NCBI GenBank assembly: GCA_020630615.1
Contig: JAHDBA010000001.1
Coordinates: 155,881-219,880, forward strand
Direction of reading: 5' to 3'
DNA: 64,000 bases
Source: Myxococcota bacterium
GTDB taxonomy: Bacteria; Myxococcota; UBA727; JAHDBA01
Notes under the pieces: model-generated
Database searches by the model: none
The model's input: only the letters and a program-made list of their open reading frames with translations
Told to the model about the DNA's origin: nothing
In this document: piece after piece, positions 38,868 through 48,378 of the stretch
How positions within the stretch are numbered: the first letter of the stretch is position 1
Layout of the letters: each line of letters starts with the position of its first letter
Program-made: the position numbers and the translations under genes

Positions 38868-40229
38868 TTATGTGAGCCAATCTAAAAAGAGAAGCGCTGT
38901 ACTCATATAAACAAAGATTCCGATAAGATCGTTTGTGGTCGTCACAAAAGGGCCCGCTGCAATCGCAGGATCAATCTCAAATCGCTTTAATAAAAAGGGG
39001 GCTGCTGAGCCCACAACAGCAGCCGCACTCATGGCAGTAATCATGGATAAAGCAACCACCACACCTAAGACCCAAAGACCTTTCGAGAAGAGTGTCGCAA
39101 AGCAACCGACCACTAGACCACAGACGGATCCCATTAAGAGTCCCACCCGCAACTCGCGAAAGCTCGACTCGACAAGATCTTCGAGTTTCAATCGACCCGT
39201 CGCGAGCGCTCTTATCGCAATCGTTGCGGACTGTGTCCCAACGTTACCTCCCATGGCGGTGATCACAGGAATAAAGGCAGCGATCACAATGGCTTCAAGC
39301 AAAACTGAATTGAATGCAAAAAGAAGGCTGGCAGAAAGAAGAGACCCGATCAGATTGACTAGAAGCCAAGGTAGACGAATCCGTGCAATTTGACTGGCAT
39401 CGTCATGAAAAAGCAGTTCTTCTTTGTTGGTCCCGCCCATGAGCAGAACATCTTCTTCAGCCTCTTCGTCAACCACATCGACGATATCATCGACAATCAC
39501 ACGTCCGAGAAGGCGACCGTCATCGTCCAATACCGGTAGCGCAACAATATCGTACTTACGAAAGAGCTCTGCGACTTCTTCTTGATCGGTATCGGGTGGG
39601 CAGAATGCGACCACTGGCTTCATAATCTCGCCAGCACTTTTCGAATCCGCATGCAACAAGAGACGGACAAGATCGATCCCGCCGAGAAGGCGTTGATGCG
39701 TATCAACAACATAGATCTGGTGGATTCTCAAGCTATCATTCACCCAATCATGAACGCGCGATCGAATCTGAGCAATGGTTTGACTTCGACTCACCACCGC
39801 CATTTCAAGCTGCATCAAACCACCAGCGCAGTCTTCATCATAGTCGAGGAGGCGTTTAAAAGCCTCCCGGTCTGCATGAGAAAGTGCTGCAAGAGCCTCA
39901 ACCTGCTCGGCTGGGTCGAGCTCCCCGAGGACATCGACAGCGTCATCCGAAACCATTTCTTGCACAAGTTGTGCGATCGCCCCGGGTTCAAGATTTTCAA
40001 AAACGCGTTCGCGTTCGCCTTCAGAAAAAAGCGTTACAAGTTGTGCCCGCATGTCTTCATCTTCGATGTAGGTGAGAAGCTTTGACCAGTGTTCGACCTC
40101 AACTTGCAGAAACACATCATAGAGATCTGCGGGGTGAGGAACACGTTTTAAAAAGTCCCGCGCACCCTGAGCATCGCCGAGTAAGACTTCACTGTAATCT
40201 TGTAAAGGTGTTCCTACTGTCGATAGCAT
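38868..40229 (-). CDS. mgtE: Magnesium transporter MgtE
   Basis: MgtE N-domain, tandem CBS domains, 5-TM C-terminal domain. Confidence 0.9.
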   Translation of the reverse strand: MLSTVGTPLQDYSEVLLGDAQGARDFLKRVPHPADLYDVFLQVEVEHWSKLLTYIEDEDMRAQLVTLFSEGERERVFENLEPGAIAQLVQEMVSDDAVDVLGELDPAEQVEALAALSHADREAFKRLLDYDEDCAGGLMQLEMAVVSRSQTIAQIRSRVHDWVNDSLRIHQIYVVDTHQRLLGGIDLVRLLLHADSKSAGEIMKPVVAFCPPDTDQEEVAELFRKYDIVALPVLDDDGRLLGRVIVDDIVDVVDEEAEEDVLLMGGTNKEELLFHDDASQIARIRLPWLLVNLIGSLLSASLLFAFNSVLLEAIVIAAFIPVITAMGGNVGTQSATIAIRALATGRLKLEDLVESSFRELRVGLLMGSVCGLVVGCFATLFSKGLWVLGVVVALSMITAMSAAAVVGSAAPFLLKRFEIDPAIAAGPFVTTTNDLIGIFVYMSTALLFLDWLT

Positions 40230-40307
40230 GAGCCGAGATTAACACATATCGCGAGTGAAACTCGACTTTCAATTCGGCATTTTTGAGTTCGATGACAGTC
40301 AAACCGA

Positions 40308-40979
40308 TTACAGGTTCTTTTCTTTGCTCAACTCTATTACACCATAAATAGAGCGCGTTTTGAGTGGCCAGCCACCAACAAAGATAGAAGGTGTACCGCG
40401 CACTTTGGCTTTGGTTTGACCAAGCTTCATGTCAGCTGTGATTTGCTCTTCGTACTTCTTATCGTTATTTTTACAGTTGGCCTCAAACTTGGCTACATTA
40501 AGACCAATCTCGCCGGCCCATTTTTTGAAATTTTCTGCTTTAAGCGCTTTTTGGTTTTCATAAAGTTTTTCAGACATCTTCCAGAAAAACTCATAGCCTT
40601 GCTCACGAGCTGCCTTCACGGCCTTCGCTGCTGGTTTTGCATCTTTGTGGAATGAAAGTGGGAAGTCCTTGAAGACGAAATTAACTTTGTCTTTAAGCTC
40701 AGGGTCTTTAACGATGTCGTGAAGCATCGGGTCAACACGCGAGCAGAAAGGACATTGGTAATCGGTGACGATTGTGCCGTTAACTTTTGCATCTTTCTTA
40801 CCCATAACCGGGCTCGTACCTACAGGGATATCATATGCAGCCTTTTGCTCTGGTGGAGCCATTTTACCGCCGCGAAGCAATACGCGTTTCTCGCGCGCAC
40901 TAACTTTCTTTTCACGAGCTTTAACCTCTTCTTTCTCCGCTTTTGTATGTGCAAAGAAAGTAGGAGAGATGCTCATCAC
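40308..40979 (-). CDS. DsbA-family thiol:disulfide oxidoreductase, truncated paralog without signal peptide
   Basis: CPFC active site; body ~85% identical in nucleotide sequence to the upstream paralog, but the first ~45 codons (lipoprotein signal peptide) are missing. Confidence 0.6.
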   Translation of the reverse strand: MMSISPTFFAHTKAEKEEVKAREKKVSAREKRVLLRGGKMAPPEQKAAYDIPVGTSPVMGKKDAKVNGTIVTDYQCPFCSRVDPMLHDIVKDPELKDKVNFVFKDFPLSFHKDAKPAAKAVKAAREQGYEFFWKMSEKLYENQKALKAENFKKWAGEIGLNVAKFEANCKNNDKKYEEQITADMKLGQTKAKVRGTPSIFVGGWPLKTRSIYGVIELSKEKNL

Positions 40980-41640
40980 AACGATTTAAGTACATACTAA
41001 AGTTCAAGGATACGATTTGGACATAAGGACATCTCGCTGTTGTAGGTATTGAGCGCAAGATGTTTTCTATTCTATCACGAAAAAAGCCCGCATAAGCGGG
41101 CTTAAAACGTTGTGTGACTAATAAGTTTAGCTTGCAAGCTTTTTGTCTTTAATCATTTGTTTCACGCCATCAACAGAGCGTTGTTTGAGTTGCCACCCAC
41201 CAACGAAGATAGAAGGTGTGCCACGAACTTTAGCTTTGGTTTGCCCAAGCTTCATGTCTGCAGCAATTTGCTCTTCATATTTCTTGTCATTGTTTTTAAG
41301 ATCAGCTTCAAACTTGGCTACGTTAAGCCCAATCTCGCCAGCCCATTTTTTGAAGTTTTCTGCTTTAAGCGCTTTTTGGTTTGCATAAAGTTTTTCAGAC
41401 ATTTTCCAGAAGAACTCGTCACCTTGCTCTTTTGCAGCAAGCGCTGCTTTTGACGCTGGTTTTGCATCTTTGTGGAATGAAAGTGGGAAGTGTTTGAAGA
41501 CAACATTAACTTTGTCCTTAAGCTCTGGGTCTTTCACGATGTCGTGAAGCATCGGGTCAACACGTGAACAGAAAGGACATTGGTAATCGGTGAAGATTGT
41601 CACGTTAACTTTTGCATCTTTCTTACCCATAACTGGGCTC
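40330..41640. repeat. Tandem direct duplication (~650-bp units) covering the two DsbA-like genes
   Basis: Long nearly identical nucleotide blocks (e.g. ccaccaacaaagatagaaggtgt…aagcttcatgtc… in both copies). Confidence 0.6.
41079..41103 (-). terminator. Rho-independent terminator for the upstream DsbA gene
   Basis: aagcccgc-ataa-gcgggctt hairpin with AAAAAA on the plus side (U-tract on minus). Confidence 0.7.
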
Positions 41641-41846
41641 GCACCCACTGGGATTTCATATGCAGTCTTTTGCTCAGGTTGAGGTGGACGCGCTGCTTTA
41701 CCCGCAGGGCGTTTCTCAAGTGCAGTCACCTTCTTCTCAAGAGCTGCAATTTTGTCTTCAAGTGCTTTGGTATCAGCCGCAGGTGCAGGAGGCTGACATG
41801 CTGCTGTAATCATCGCGACGACAGTCAATACTACTAATTTTTTCAT
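41127..41846 (-). CDS. DsbA-family thiol:disulfide oxidoreductase lipoprotein
   Basis: AGGAGA RBS, signal MKKLVVLTVVAMITAAC, coiled-coil linker, CPFC thioredoxin active site. Confidence 0.7.
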   Translation of the reverse strand: MKKLVVLTVVAMITAACQPPAPAADTKALEDKIAALEKKVTALEKRPAGKAARPPQPEQKTAYEIPVGASPVMGKKDAKVNVTIFTDYQCPFCSRVDPMLHDIVKDPELKDKVNVVFKHFPLSFHKDAKPASKAALAAKEQGDEFFWKMSEKLYANQKALKAENFKKWAGEIGLNVAKFEADLKNNDKKYEEQIAADMKLGQTKAKVRGTPSIFVGGWQLKQRSVDGVKQMIKDKKLAS

Positions 41847-42081
41847 GGTTGTTCTCCTATCGCATGAGGAAATGCCTACGGCGTCCACGCGTTGCCTTGT
41901 TCTGCCAAAATGCGCAATAAAAGCAACCGGCATCTCGCTCGATACGCTAAAAAACACAAATCGCATCGGAAAATGCCACAGCAATGTAGGCGAAGCCTGG
42001 GTCTGGGTACCCGATTGGTTATTATTCCTCCTGAAGTTGTCATTCGTGTTGAGAGGTTGTTAGGCTCAAGTAGAAGGTAAT

Positions 42082-42498
42082 ATGACTGTTTCAAGTGAAG
42101 AAATCGTTGAATATTTTGGGCGTTATGGTTGGAAATACGAGGCCCGACGCCCGGATTTGCTACGTACCGGTTTTGTCGGTGATAGTGGCACCTTTGAAGT
42201 CTGGGTTCGGCTCACAGAGCACTGGGTGTTTTTTATTGTTAATCCCTATGTTCTTCGTACGGATAAAAGCCCGAACAAAGACCTTTTAAGGATGATCCTA
42301 GAAGTAAACCAAAAGATTAATCTCGCGAAGTTTGGCATGGACGATGAGGGAGATGTTGTTTTAAGCGTTGATATGCCCCAAACAGCATTTTCTTATGAGA
42401 GGTTTGAGGACGCAATGACCGCACTTTCCCATTATGCTGACCTTTATAAAGGTTCTTTTGAAAATGTGTGTGTGGAATCAATGGCGGCAGGCTCATGA
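42082..42498 (+). CDS. YbjN-domain protein (putative sensory transduction regulator/T3SS-chaperone-like fold)
   Basis: YbjN-like pattern (…FEVWVRLTEHWVFFIVNPYV…GDVVLSVDMP…). Confidence 0.55.
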   Translation: MTVSSEEIVEYFGRYGWKYEARRPDLLRTGFVGDSGTFEVWVRLTEHWVFFIVNPYVLRTDKSPNKDLLRMILEVNQKINLAKFGMDDEGDVVLSVDMPQTAFSYERFEDAMTALSHYADLYKGSFENVCVESMAAGS

Positions 42499-42935
42499 GT
42501 GCAATACAGCAAAATGAGGGATTGGCTCGTGAGATTCCAAGTTATTTTGAGCGTATGGGTTGGAGCTTCGAGGAGCTCGCTTCGGATATGTTTCGAACGC
42601 GGGTTCAAGGGAAGACTGCTACCTTTACACTTCTCGTGAAAGTAACGGAACATTGGATCGTGTTTTCATGCAACCCATTTATCGCGAAACCCCATAACGG
42701 TTGGGGGCCGACAGCGATGCGCTTTATGGCCACCTCAAATCATGGGATCAACCTCTTCAAATTAGGGATCGATCGCGACGAAGACTTATTTCTTGTCGCA
42801 GAGCTCCCTGCGCGTGGCTTTATCTTTCGTCAATTTGAAGAATGTGTTTCAGCGTTGGCTCATTACTGCAACGAGCTTTATGTTCCGATCATGCAGGCAA
42901 TTCAAGTGGATCGACTGAATGGTCATGCAACCTAG
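42495..42935 (+). CDS. YbjN-domain protein, paralog of the previous gene
   Basis: ATGA overlap with the upstream stop; same architecture (…FTLLVKVTEHWIVFSCNPFI…LFLVAELPARGF…). Confidence 0.55.
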   Translation: MSAIQQNEGLAREIPSYFERMGWSFEELASDMFRTRVQGKTATFTLLVKVTEHWIVFSCNPFIAKPHNGWGPTAMRFMATSNHGINLFKLGIDRDEDLFLVAELPARGFIFRQFEECVSALAHYCNELYVPIMQAIQVDRLNGHAT

Positions 42936-42976
42936 TAACGAGTATTGATTCTTAAAGTTCATGTTTAAGGAGCCTT

Positions 42977-43732
42977 ATGCAGGTTTCAACCGCGTTTATT
43001 CTTGCTGCTGGCTTTGGCTCACGACTACGCCCGCTTACAGACACTGTACCCAAACCTATGATTGAGGTGGGTGGTCGTCCTTTGATCCATTATGCTTTTG
43101 ATATCGCGCTGAACGCGGGCGCAACTCGTCTTGTCGTGAATACACATCACCTTGTTGAAAAGATTGAGTCGGGACTCGGCGCATCGTACGAGAATGCACA
43201 AATCGTATACTCGCGCGAAAAGGAAATATTGGGTTCAGCCGGTGGTATCGGTCAGATGCTTGGAGTCTTGGGCGAGGTACCTGAGCGTGTGCTCGTACTG
43301 AATTCTGACACTCTAATGGATCTTGATATTGCATCAATGTTGAGTACTCATAAAAACTCAAAAGCAGATGCGACTCTCTTGCTCCGACAATCAAAAGACC
43401 AAGAACGCTATGGTTTATTAGGCTTTGATTCGAGCTATCGTATCCATTCCATATTGGAGCGAGGTCGCACACATTCCGCTATTTCTGATTTTGGAATGTT
43501 TTGTGGTTTGCAAATACTTGAAGCGTCGATATTGAAGCGAATGCCAGTTGGAAGATTCGCATCTACGACACAAGAAATATTTCCAAGCGCCATTGAAGCT
43601 GACCTTCACTTTCAAGCACATCTACATTTAGGGTACTTTAATGATGTTGGCACACATGAGCGACTTAATATCGCGCGAGAGGATGCGTCTCTGTTAAAGG
43701 CATTGAACCTGCGTGAAACAGCGTTAGAATAG
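42977..43732 (+). CDS. Sugar-1-phosphate nucleotidyltransferase family protein (MurU/mannose-1-P guanylyltransferase-like)
   Basis: FILAAGFGSRLRPLTDTVPKPMIEVGGRPLI NTP-transferase signature. Confidence 0.65.
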   Translation: MQVSTAFILAAGFGSRLRPLTDTVPKPMIEVGGRPLIHYAFDIALNAGATRLVVNTHHLVEKIESGLGASYENAQIVYSREKEILGSAGGIGQMLGVLGEVPERVLVLNSDTLMDLDIASMLSTHKNSKADATLLLRQSKDQERYGLLGFDSSYRIHSILERGRTHSAISDFGMFCGLQILEASILKRMPVGRFASTTQEIFPSAIEADLHFQAHLHLGYFNDVGTHERLNIAREDASLLKALNLRETALE

Positions 43733-43831
43733 ATTTTACGTCAGCGTATATTTTTAAACATATCTGGCGAAAAAAATAGGGGCAAAGAAAAAAGGCCTCA
43801 ACGGCCCTTTGGTTCAATTCGTCAGGTTGGC

Positions 43832-44050
43832 TTAGACGCCTCTATCAAGTTCATCTTGCCATTTTTCAAGCTCTTCCCACTTTCCTTCAGCAGCCATCTC
43901 CGCTTGTTTTGGCCATGTTTTAACACCGTTCTTGTTTAAGATTTTTTCAATCTTCGGGCCAATTCCTTCAACTTTTTTGAGATCGTCGGGTGTGGCCGGC
44001 TCTGCGCTTGCGTTAGAAAATATTTGTAAAATATTTGTAAAATATTTACC
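43832..44050 (-). pseudogene. Start-less remnant encoding a C-terminal helix-hairpin-helix domain
   Basis: Open frame …EPATPDDLKKVEGIGPKIEKILNKNGVKTWPKQAEMAAEGKWEELEKWQDELDRGV* with no ATG/GTG/TTG; its 5' part runs into an 11-mer tandem repeat. Confidence 0.35.
44017..44047. repeat. Tandem 11-mer (aaaatatttgt) x ~2.8 in the dodecin upstream region
   Basis: aaaatatttgt aaaatatttgt aaaatattta, read directly. Confidence 0.6.
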
Positions 44051-44196
44051 TCAACTCAAGTTTTCCCTATTCGTTCACCCTTTTTTTTATGAAAACCCAA
44101 ACATTCGAGCACACGGCTCGATTCATAATATCCCGTTCTCGATTTTGTTTCACGAACCAGTCTGATCGATACTTGAAGCGAACAAAGGAGATCAAA

Positions 44197-44400
44197 ATGT
44201 CATTTGCTAAAGTTGTTGAAGTTACGTCGATGTCACCAAAGAGTTTTGAAGACGCTGCCCAAGCAGGTGTTGAACGTGTGTGTAAAACTGTAAAGAACGT
44301 GAAAAGTGCATGGGTGAAAGACCAAGAAGTCGTTGTAGAAGGTGGTAAGGTCACGGGTTACCGCGTGAGTCTTAAAGTTACTTTCGTGGTTGAAGACTAA
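44197..44400 (+). CDS. Dodecin-family flavin-binding protein (68 aa)
   Basis: MSFAKVVEVTSMSPKSFEDAAQAGVERVCKTVKNVKSAWVKDQEVVVEGGKVTGYRVSLKVTFVVED matches the dodecin fold pattern; AAGGAG RBS; the ORF-track start at 44089 is too long. Confidence 0.75.
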   Translation: MSFAKVVEVTSMSPKSFEDAAQAGVERVCKTVKNVKSAWVKDQEVVVEGGKVTGYRVSLKVTFVVED

Positions 44401-44425
44401 CCCTAAGACCTTCAACTCAAGCGTT

Positions 44426-44462
44426 TTGGGCAACGCTTGCAGTGTTTGCCCAATTTTTTTTT
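44426..44462 (+). terminator. Rho-independent terminator after dodecin gene
   Basis: ttgggcaa…ttgcccaa stem followed by nine T. Confidence 0.75.
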
Positions 44463-44754
44463 GCCCGATTTAGACTTGCTCTTCTTTTTATACTTCTTGC
44501 AGCACTTGGACTTTGGTTGCTTCTCTGTCTTTGTCTTGATTTGCGAATGTTCTTGCAGCGCGTGTCGTAGCGCATCGTTGAAAACAACAAGCGACTTTCT
44601 GTTTTCACTTGACAAGTGGAAGAGCATGATAACCGTTATCATTATCCCTTCGGAGGCGCAAGCCGATATTTCTTCAGTGCCTTTATCGCCTCAAGTGATT
44701 TATAGACTATTCTAAACCGTGGATGTCAGGTTTTACGAATAACGATGTTGTATT

Positions 44755-46350
44755 TTAAGTGAGCGGACCCCCGATACCACCCTCATCCCATCCGATTGCC
44801 AGGGTTGCAGGTACATTCTCACTTTCATCGTTCCCTTGTGTTAACGCTTGTTTGAGGACTCCGGTACCCTTACGTTTGAGCATCGCATCCCATTCGATGA
44901 ATGCTTGGCCACCACGCTTTTCATATTCGCTTTGCCATAGCTCAAAGGCCTCTGCGCAAGCATGATCGATGAAGGTTAGGTTACCGATATGGAGATGCAC
45001 TTCGTGCTTTTTCGGTAGCGCTTTCAGTCGTTCTTGCAGCTTCGGTAGACATAGAAAGGTTGCTGCACCCGCAAGGTCGACATCGATCCGCCCATCCTCT
45101 CTCGATTGCTCGTTGATTTCAATATGCGAAAAGATCCAAACCAATCGAAAGACACTTAAAATTAATCCAATGAAAAGACCCTCAAGAAGCTCAGTGTTAA
45201 CGATGGCAACGATCGTCAGAAGATAAATAGTAAATTCCGCTTTGGAGCTTTTGTAGAGCTCTATCACGTCACCAATATGTAAGAGCTTTATCCCTGCAGC
45301 AATAAGAATGGCCGCGAGCGCAGCAACCGGAATAATTGCGAGCAGCCAACCGAATGCAAAGACTGCCACGGTTAAGAAGAGTCCATGAAAAATAGCCGCG
45401 AGTCGTGTTTGCCCACCCATTTCAATGCTTGTCTTTGTACGAACAACAACACCTGTCAGCGGGAGGCCACCGAGAAGTGCGCAGGCTATGTTGCCAATAC
45501 CGTGTGCAAAGATCTCTCGGTTGAGATTTGATTGGTGGCCTTCTTTTAAACGGTCTGTCGCGTTTGCAGAAAGCAATCCCTCCAAACTCGCAATCGCAAA
45601 GAGCGCAACGAGATAGGTCAAAAACTTTGTATTGAATACATCAACGCTTGCAAAAGACTCGTGATACAGTTTGGGGCTAAAGTTTGCCCATACATCCCCA
45701 ACGTGTGGAAGCCTCTCTTCAATCATAAATGAGACGAGTGTACCCGAAACGATCGCAACGACAGAGGATGGCACCATCTTAAATTTGCCGCGAGCAAGGT
45801 GGTACCAGGCAAAGTAAACCCCAAGACTGATCATAATAACGACCAGGCCTTCATATAAAATCACTTTGGGTTCTAGTGCGAAAAGTGAGCGCACAGCGAG
45901 TGAAACATCTTGTATCGGTTCACCATGGCTCTCGAGTCCTAAGCCCACGCTAAGTTGTGACGTGATAATGAGTATACCGATTCCCGATAGAAGACTAAAT
46001 GTGAGCGATGGTGGGACGGCTTGAAACCAAACTGCTTGACGAGTCAAACCCATCAATACTTGTGCGACCCCGCAAATCAGGGTGGCCAAGGCAAGACCTT
46101 CAAGACCAAACTCATGTACGAGGTGCGCCGACACAACAATAAGACCCGCGGCAGGGCCACTAACTTGCAGCGGCGAACCGGAAAGGGCACCTACCAAGAC
46201 GCCACCAATCACCGCGGAGATGATTCCATACATCGGTGGAACATCACATGATACAGCAACACCAATTGCAAGTGGAATCGCGACAAACATAACCGCCAAG
46301 CCTGCCCGCAAGTCCAGGGCAAGTGTTTGTTTAAGCTTTCCAGCACTCAT
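44755..46350 (-). CDS. sulP: SulP-family anion transporter with C-terminal STAS domain
   Basis: SulP TM core and STAS-like C-terminus; GAGGGG RBS before ATG 46350. Confidence 0.85.
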   Translation of the reverse strand: MSAGKLKQTLALDLRAGLAVMFVAIPLAIGVAVSCDVPPMYGIISAVIGGVLVGALSGSPLQVSGPAAGLIVVSAHLVHEFGLEGLALATLICGVAQVLMGLTRQAVWFQAVPPSLTFSLLSGIGILIITSQLSVGLGLESHGEPIQDVSLAVRSLFALEPKVILYEGLVVIMISLGVYFAWYHLARGKFKMVPSSVVAIVSGTLVSFMIEERLPHVGDVWANFSPKLYHESFASVDVFNTKFLTYLVALFAIASLEGLLSANATDRLKEGHQSNLNREIFAHGIGNIACALLGGLPLTGVVVRTKTSIEMGGQTRLAAIFHGLFLTVAVFAFGWLLAIIPVAALAAILIAAGIKLLHIGDVIELYKSSKAEFTIYLLTIVAIVNTELLEGLFIGLILSVFRLVWIFSHIEINEQSREDGRIDVDLAGAATFLCLPKLQERLKALPKKHEVHLHIGNLTFIDHACAEAFELWQSEYEKRGGQAFIEWDAMLKRKGTGVLKQALTQGNDESENVPATLAIGWDEGGIGGPLT

Positions 46351-46606
46351 GTTCAGCCCCTCTGTTTCCATGTGGCTCATGTTCTGAAAGGAAAATCAAA
46401 AGCTCCGCAAGAGTCTTTTCCTTTGATAGCCAGGTTTGTGCACAACGATCTTTATCAACTCTGTACCGATTTCGTCGCCCGTGTCGAGTCACTTGAACCA
46501 TTCCGCTTTCTTTAAGTTCGTGGATGATTTTCGATGCCGTCCGATCTGTAACGTTAAGCGCGATGGCCAAGTCCCGGATTTTGATCGTCGGGCAACGTTG
46601 AATCAT
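46331..46606 (-). CDS. Small winged-helix (HTH_24/DeoR-like) transcriptional regulator
   Basis: IRDLAIALNVTDRTASKIIHELKESGMVQVTRHG HTH; overlaps sulP start by 20 nt (operon). Confidence 0.55.
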   Translation of the reverse strand: MIQRCPTIKIRDLAIALNVTDRTASKIIHELKESGMVQVTRHGRRNRYRVDKDRCAQTWLSKEKTLAELLIFLSEHEPHGNRGAEHECWKA

Positions 46607-46679
46607 AAGTAAGGCTTTGAGCCAGTGCGAAAAGACATCTTCCATCCTTTAAAGCTTAGGTAATTCGGAAAAACAAATC

Positions 46680-46703
46680 AAGATACTTGTTTCATGTATC
46701 TTT
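46680..46703. promoter_or_regulatory. Perfect 7-bp inverted repeat aagatac-N10-gtatctt (candidate operator) in divergent intergenic region
   Basis: Read directly; lies between the HTH regulator start and the ABC promoter. Confidence 0.35.
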
Positions 46704-46718
46704 AAGCATGTTTCAATA

Positions 46719-46744
46719 TTGACGAATAAAAATTCATGTATAAT
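46719..46744 (+). promoter_or_regulatory. Putative sigma-70 promoter with extended -10 (ttgacg … tgtataat)
   Basis: TGnTATAAT ends 8 nt before ATG 46753, implying a leaderless or near-leaderless transcript; -35/-10 spacing is short (14 nt). Confidence 0.4.
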
Positions 46745-46752
46745 AGTACAGC

Positions 46753-48378
46753 ATGGACGAAATACGCAGTGCACCTCGGTCATTACTCGACTTCTTTCAA
46801 CCCGACCGCAGGATTTTCTTTGCGATAGCGACTTATGGGGCTTTTGTGAGTGTGTTGTCGCTCGCAATCCCCATTTCAATCCAGTCAATTGTAAATACCG
46901 TTGCCTTCGGTCGATTCGTTGAGTCGTTGTTTACGCTGACCGTGATACTGGCACTTGCTTTGATCGTATCACAAATCCTGCGAGCATTTCAAACGTGGCT
47001 CATCGAGGTCTTGCAGCGTAGGCTTTTGATTCGGGTCGCTGCGCATATTACCAATCACCCTTTTAACCGCCCGGATGCTCATGAAAATCAGCGTGCTCGA
47101 GAAGAGATCGCAAATCAGTTTATGGAGATTTTTTCAATCAAAAAGTCGCTGACCTCGGCTCTGGTTACCCTTCTCGACTCCCTCTTACTTGCGCTGAGCG
47201 GATGCATTCTACTGGCTTTTTATCACCCGTGGCTTTTTGCGCTTGATATCGTCTTCATATGCGTTTGTTTCTTGGTTCTGATTCCTCTCGGGAGACATGG
47301 AGTGTCGTCGGCAGCCGCTGAAAGTAAAAGCAAATACAAGCTTCAGGCCTGGGTTGAGCGCTTGGCGAAAGTCCAACATCATGATCTTCTGCACGGTGCT
47401 CACGACGCCATTAAGATTATTGGTAATGAAAAGATCCATAGCTATATCAAGAACCGTCAGTCACACTTTCGAGTTGTTTTTCGTCAGATTAAGTGGACGC
47501 TTTTTGGGTCCGTTTTGATGAATCTTTCGATTCTTACGGTAGGGGGAACCCTTGTCATCAACAATCAGTTGTCACTTGGACAGTTGGTGGCAGCTGAAGT
47601 CATCGTAAACATGATGGCTGTTGCACTGGTCAAGATTGGCTCGAAGCTTGAGACGTTTTTTGATGCACTGATCAGTGTTCAAAAGTTGGAAGAGTGTTTG
47701 TTCCACATGAGTGACGAGGAGTCTTTCTCGAAGGGGTACACTCAGGTTACGAATATTGAGAGCGTCAACTTCTTTACAAATGGAACGACGCTCCTCGAGT
47801 TGAGGGAAAAAGAGGTTTGTATTGCCGACGGATTATTACCACACCAAGAGCAAGAGCTGACACGGGCTTTTCACGGTTTTCATTTACGACGTAATCGGAT
47901 TCACTTAAATCGTAGCGACCTCTTGGACCTTTCGCCGGTCGATTTGAGTATGAGGATTTGTATTTTAGAACAACCCTTTGTTTGGACCGGAACGATTATG
48001 GCGGCTTTCGAAACGATCAAACCCGATATTGAAGAGAATCTCATTTGGACTCTTCTAAAAAGTGTCGAACTCGATGATGCGGTACGCAAGTTTGAGAAGG
48101 GTTTGCGAACATCTCTTTATGCAAGTCAACAGCGATTAACGGTCTCACAACGTTGCCAGTTGTCCTTGGCCCTTGCATTGGCCCGAGAGCCTTGTGTGCT
48201 CGTATCAAATCGTTTCTTCGAGCAGATCCCATTTCCGCTTCGGGAACGGATTTTACCCCGACTTCTTGAGTCTCCAACACATATCTGGCTCATTATTACG
48301 GACGAGCCTGATATCGTAAGGCATGGTTCCTTGGTAGGGCCTCACTTGCAAACTTGGTGTCAAGGGGATGCATCATGA
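46753..48378 (+). CDS. ABC exporter-like protein (T1SS-type) with intact 6-TM domain but degenerate nucleotide-binding domain
   Basis: TMD typical of ABC exporters; C-terminal domain keeps Q-loop-like ILEQPFVWTGTI and signature-like LTVSQRCQLSLALALAREP, but there is no GxxGxGK[ST] Walker A, no Walker B acidic pair (VLVSNRFF), and no H-loop. Confidence 0.7.
   Translation: MDEIRSAPRSLLDFFQPDRRIFFAIATYGAFVSVLSLAIPISIQSIVNTVAFGRFVESLFTLTVILALALIVSQILRAFQTWLIEVLQRRLLIRVAAHITNHPFNRPDAHENQRAREEIANQFMEIFSIKKSLTSALVTLLDSLLLALSGCILLAFYHPWLFALDIVFICVCFLVLIPLGRHGVSSAAAESKSKYKLQAWVERLAKVQHHDLLHGAHDAIKIIGNEKIHSYIKNRQSHFRVVFRQIKWTLFGSVLMNLSILTVGGTLVINNQLSLGQLVAAEVIVNMMAVALVKIGSKLETFFDALISVQKLEECLFHMSDEESFSKGYTQVTNIESVNFFTNGTTLLELREKEVCIADGLLPHQEQELTRAFHGFHLRRNRIHLNRSDLLDLSPVDLSMRICILEQPFVWTGTIMAAFETIKPDIEENLIWTLLKSVELDDAVRKFEKGLRTSLYASQQRLTVSQRCQLSLALALAREPCVLVSNRFFEQIPFPLRERILPRLLESPTHIWLIITDEPDIVRHGSLVGPHLQTWCQGDAS

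Noticed and set aside
44017-44047. CRISPR-like array
   Set aside because: There are only ~2.8 copies of an 11-mer with no spacers, far too short. No CRISPR arrays were found anywhere in the window.
44412-44642. 76-aa Lys-rich minus-strand ORF (…KSKCCKKYKKKSKSKSGKKK…)
   Set aside because: Its 3' third overlaps the dodecin terminator hairpin and T-tract, and the RBS spacing is too short (3 nt). It is probably spurious, though a small basic protein cannot be excluded.
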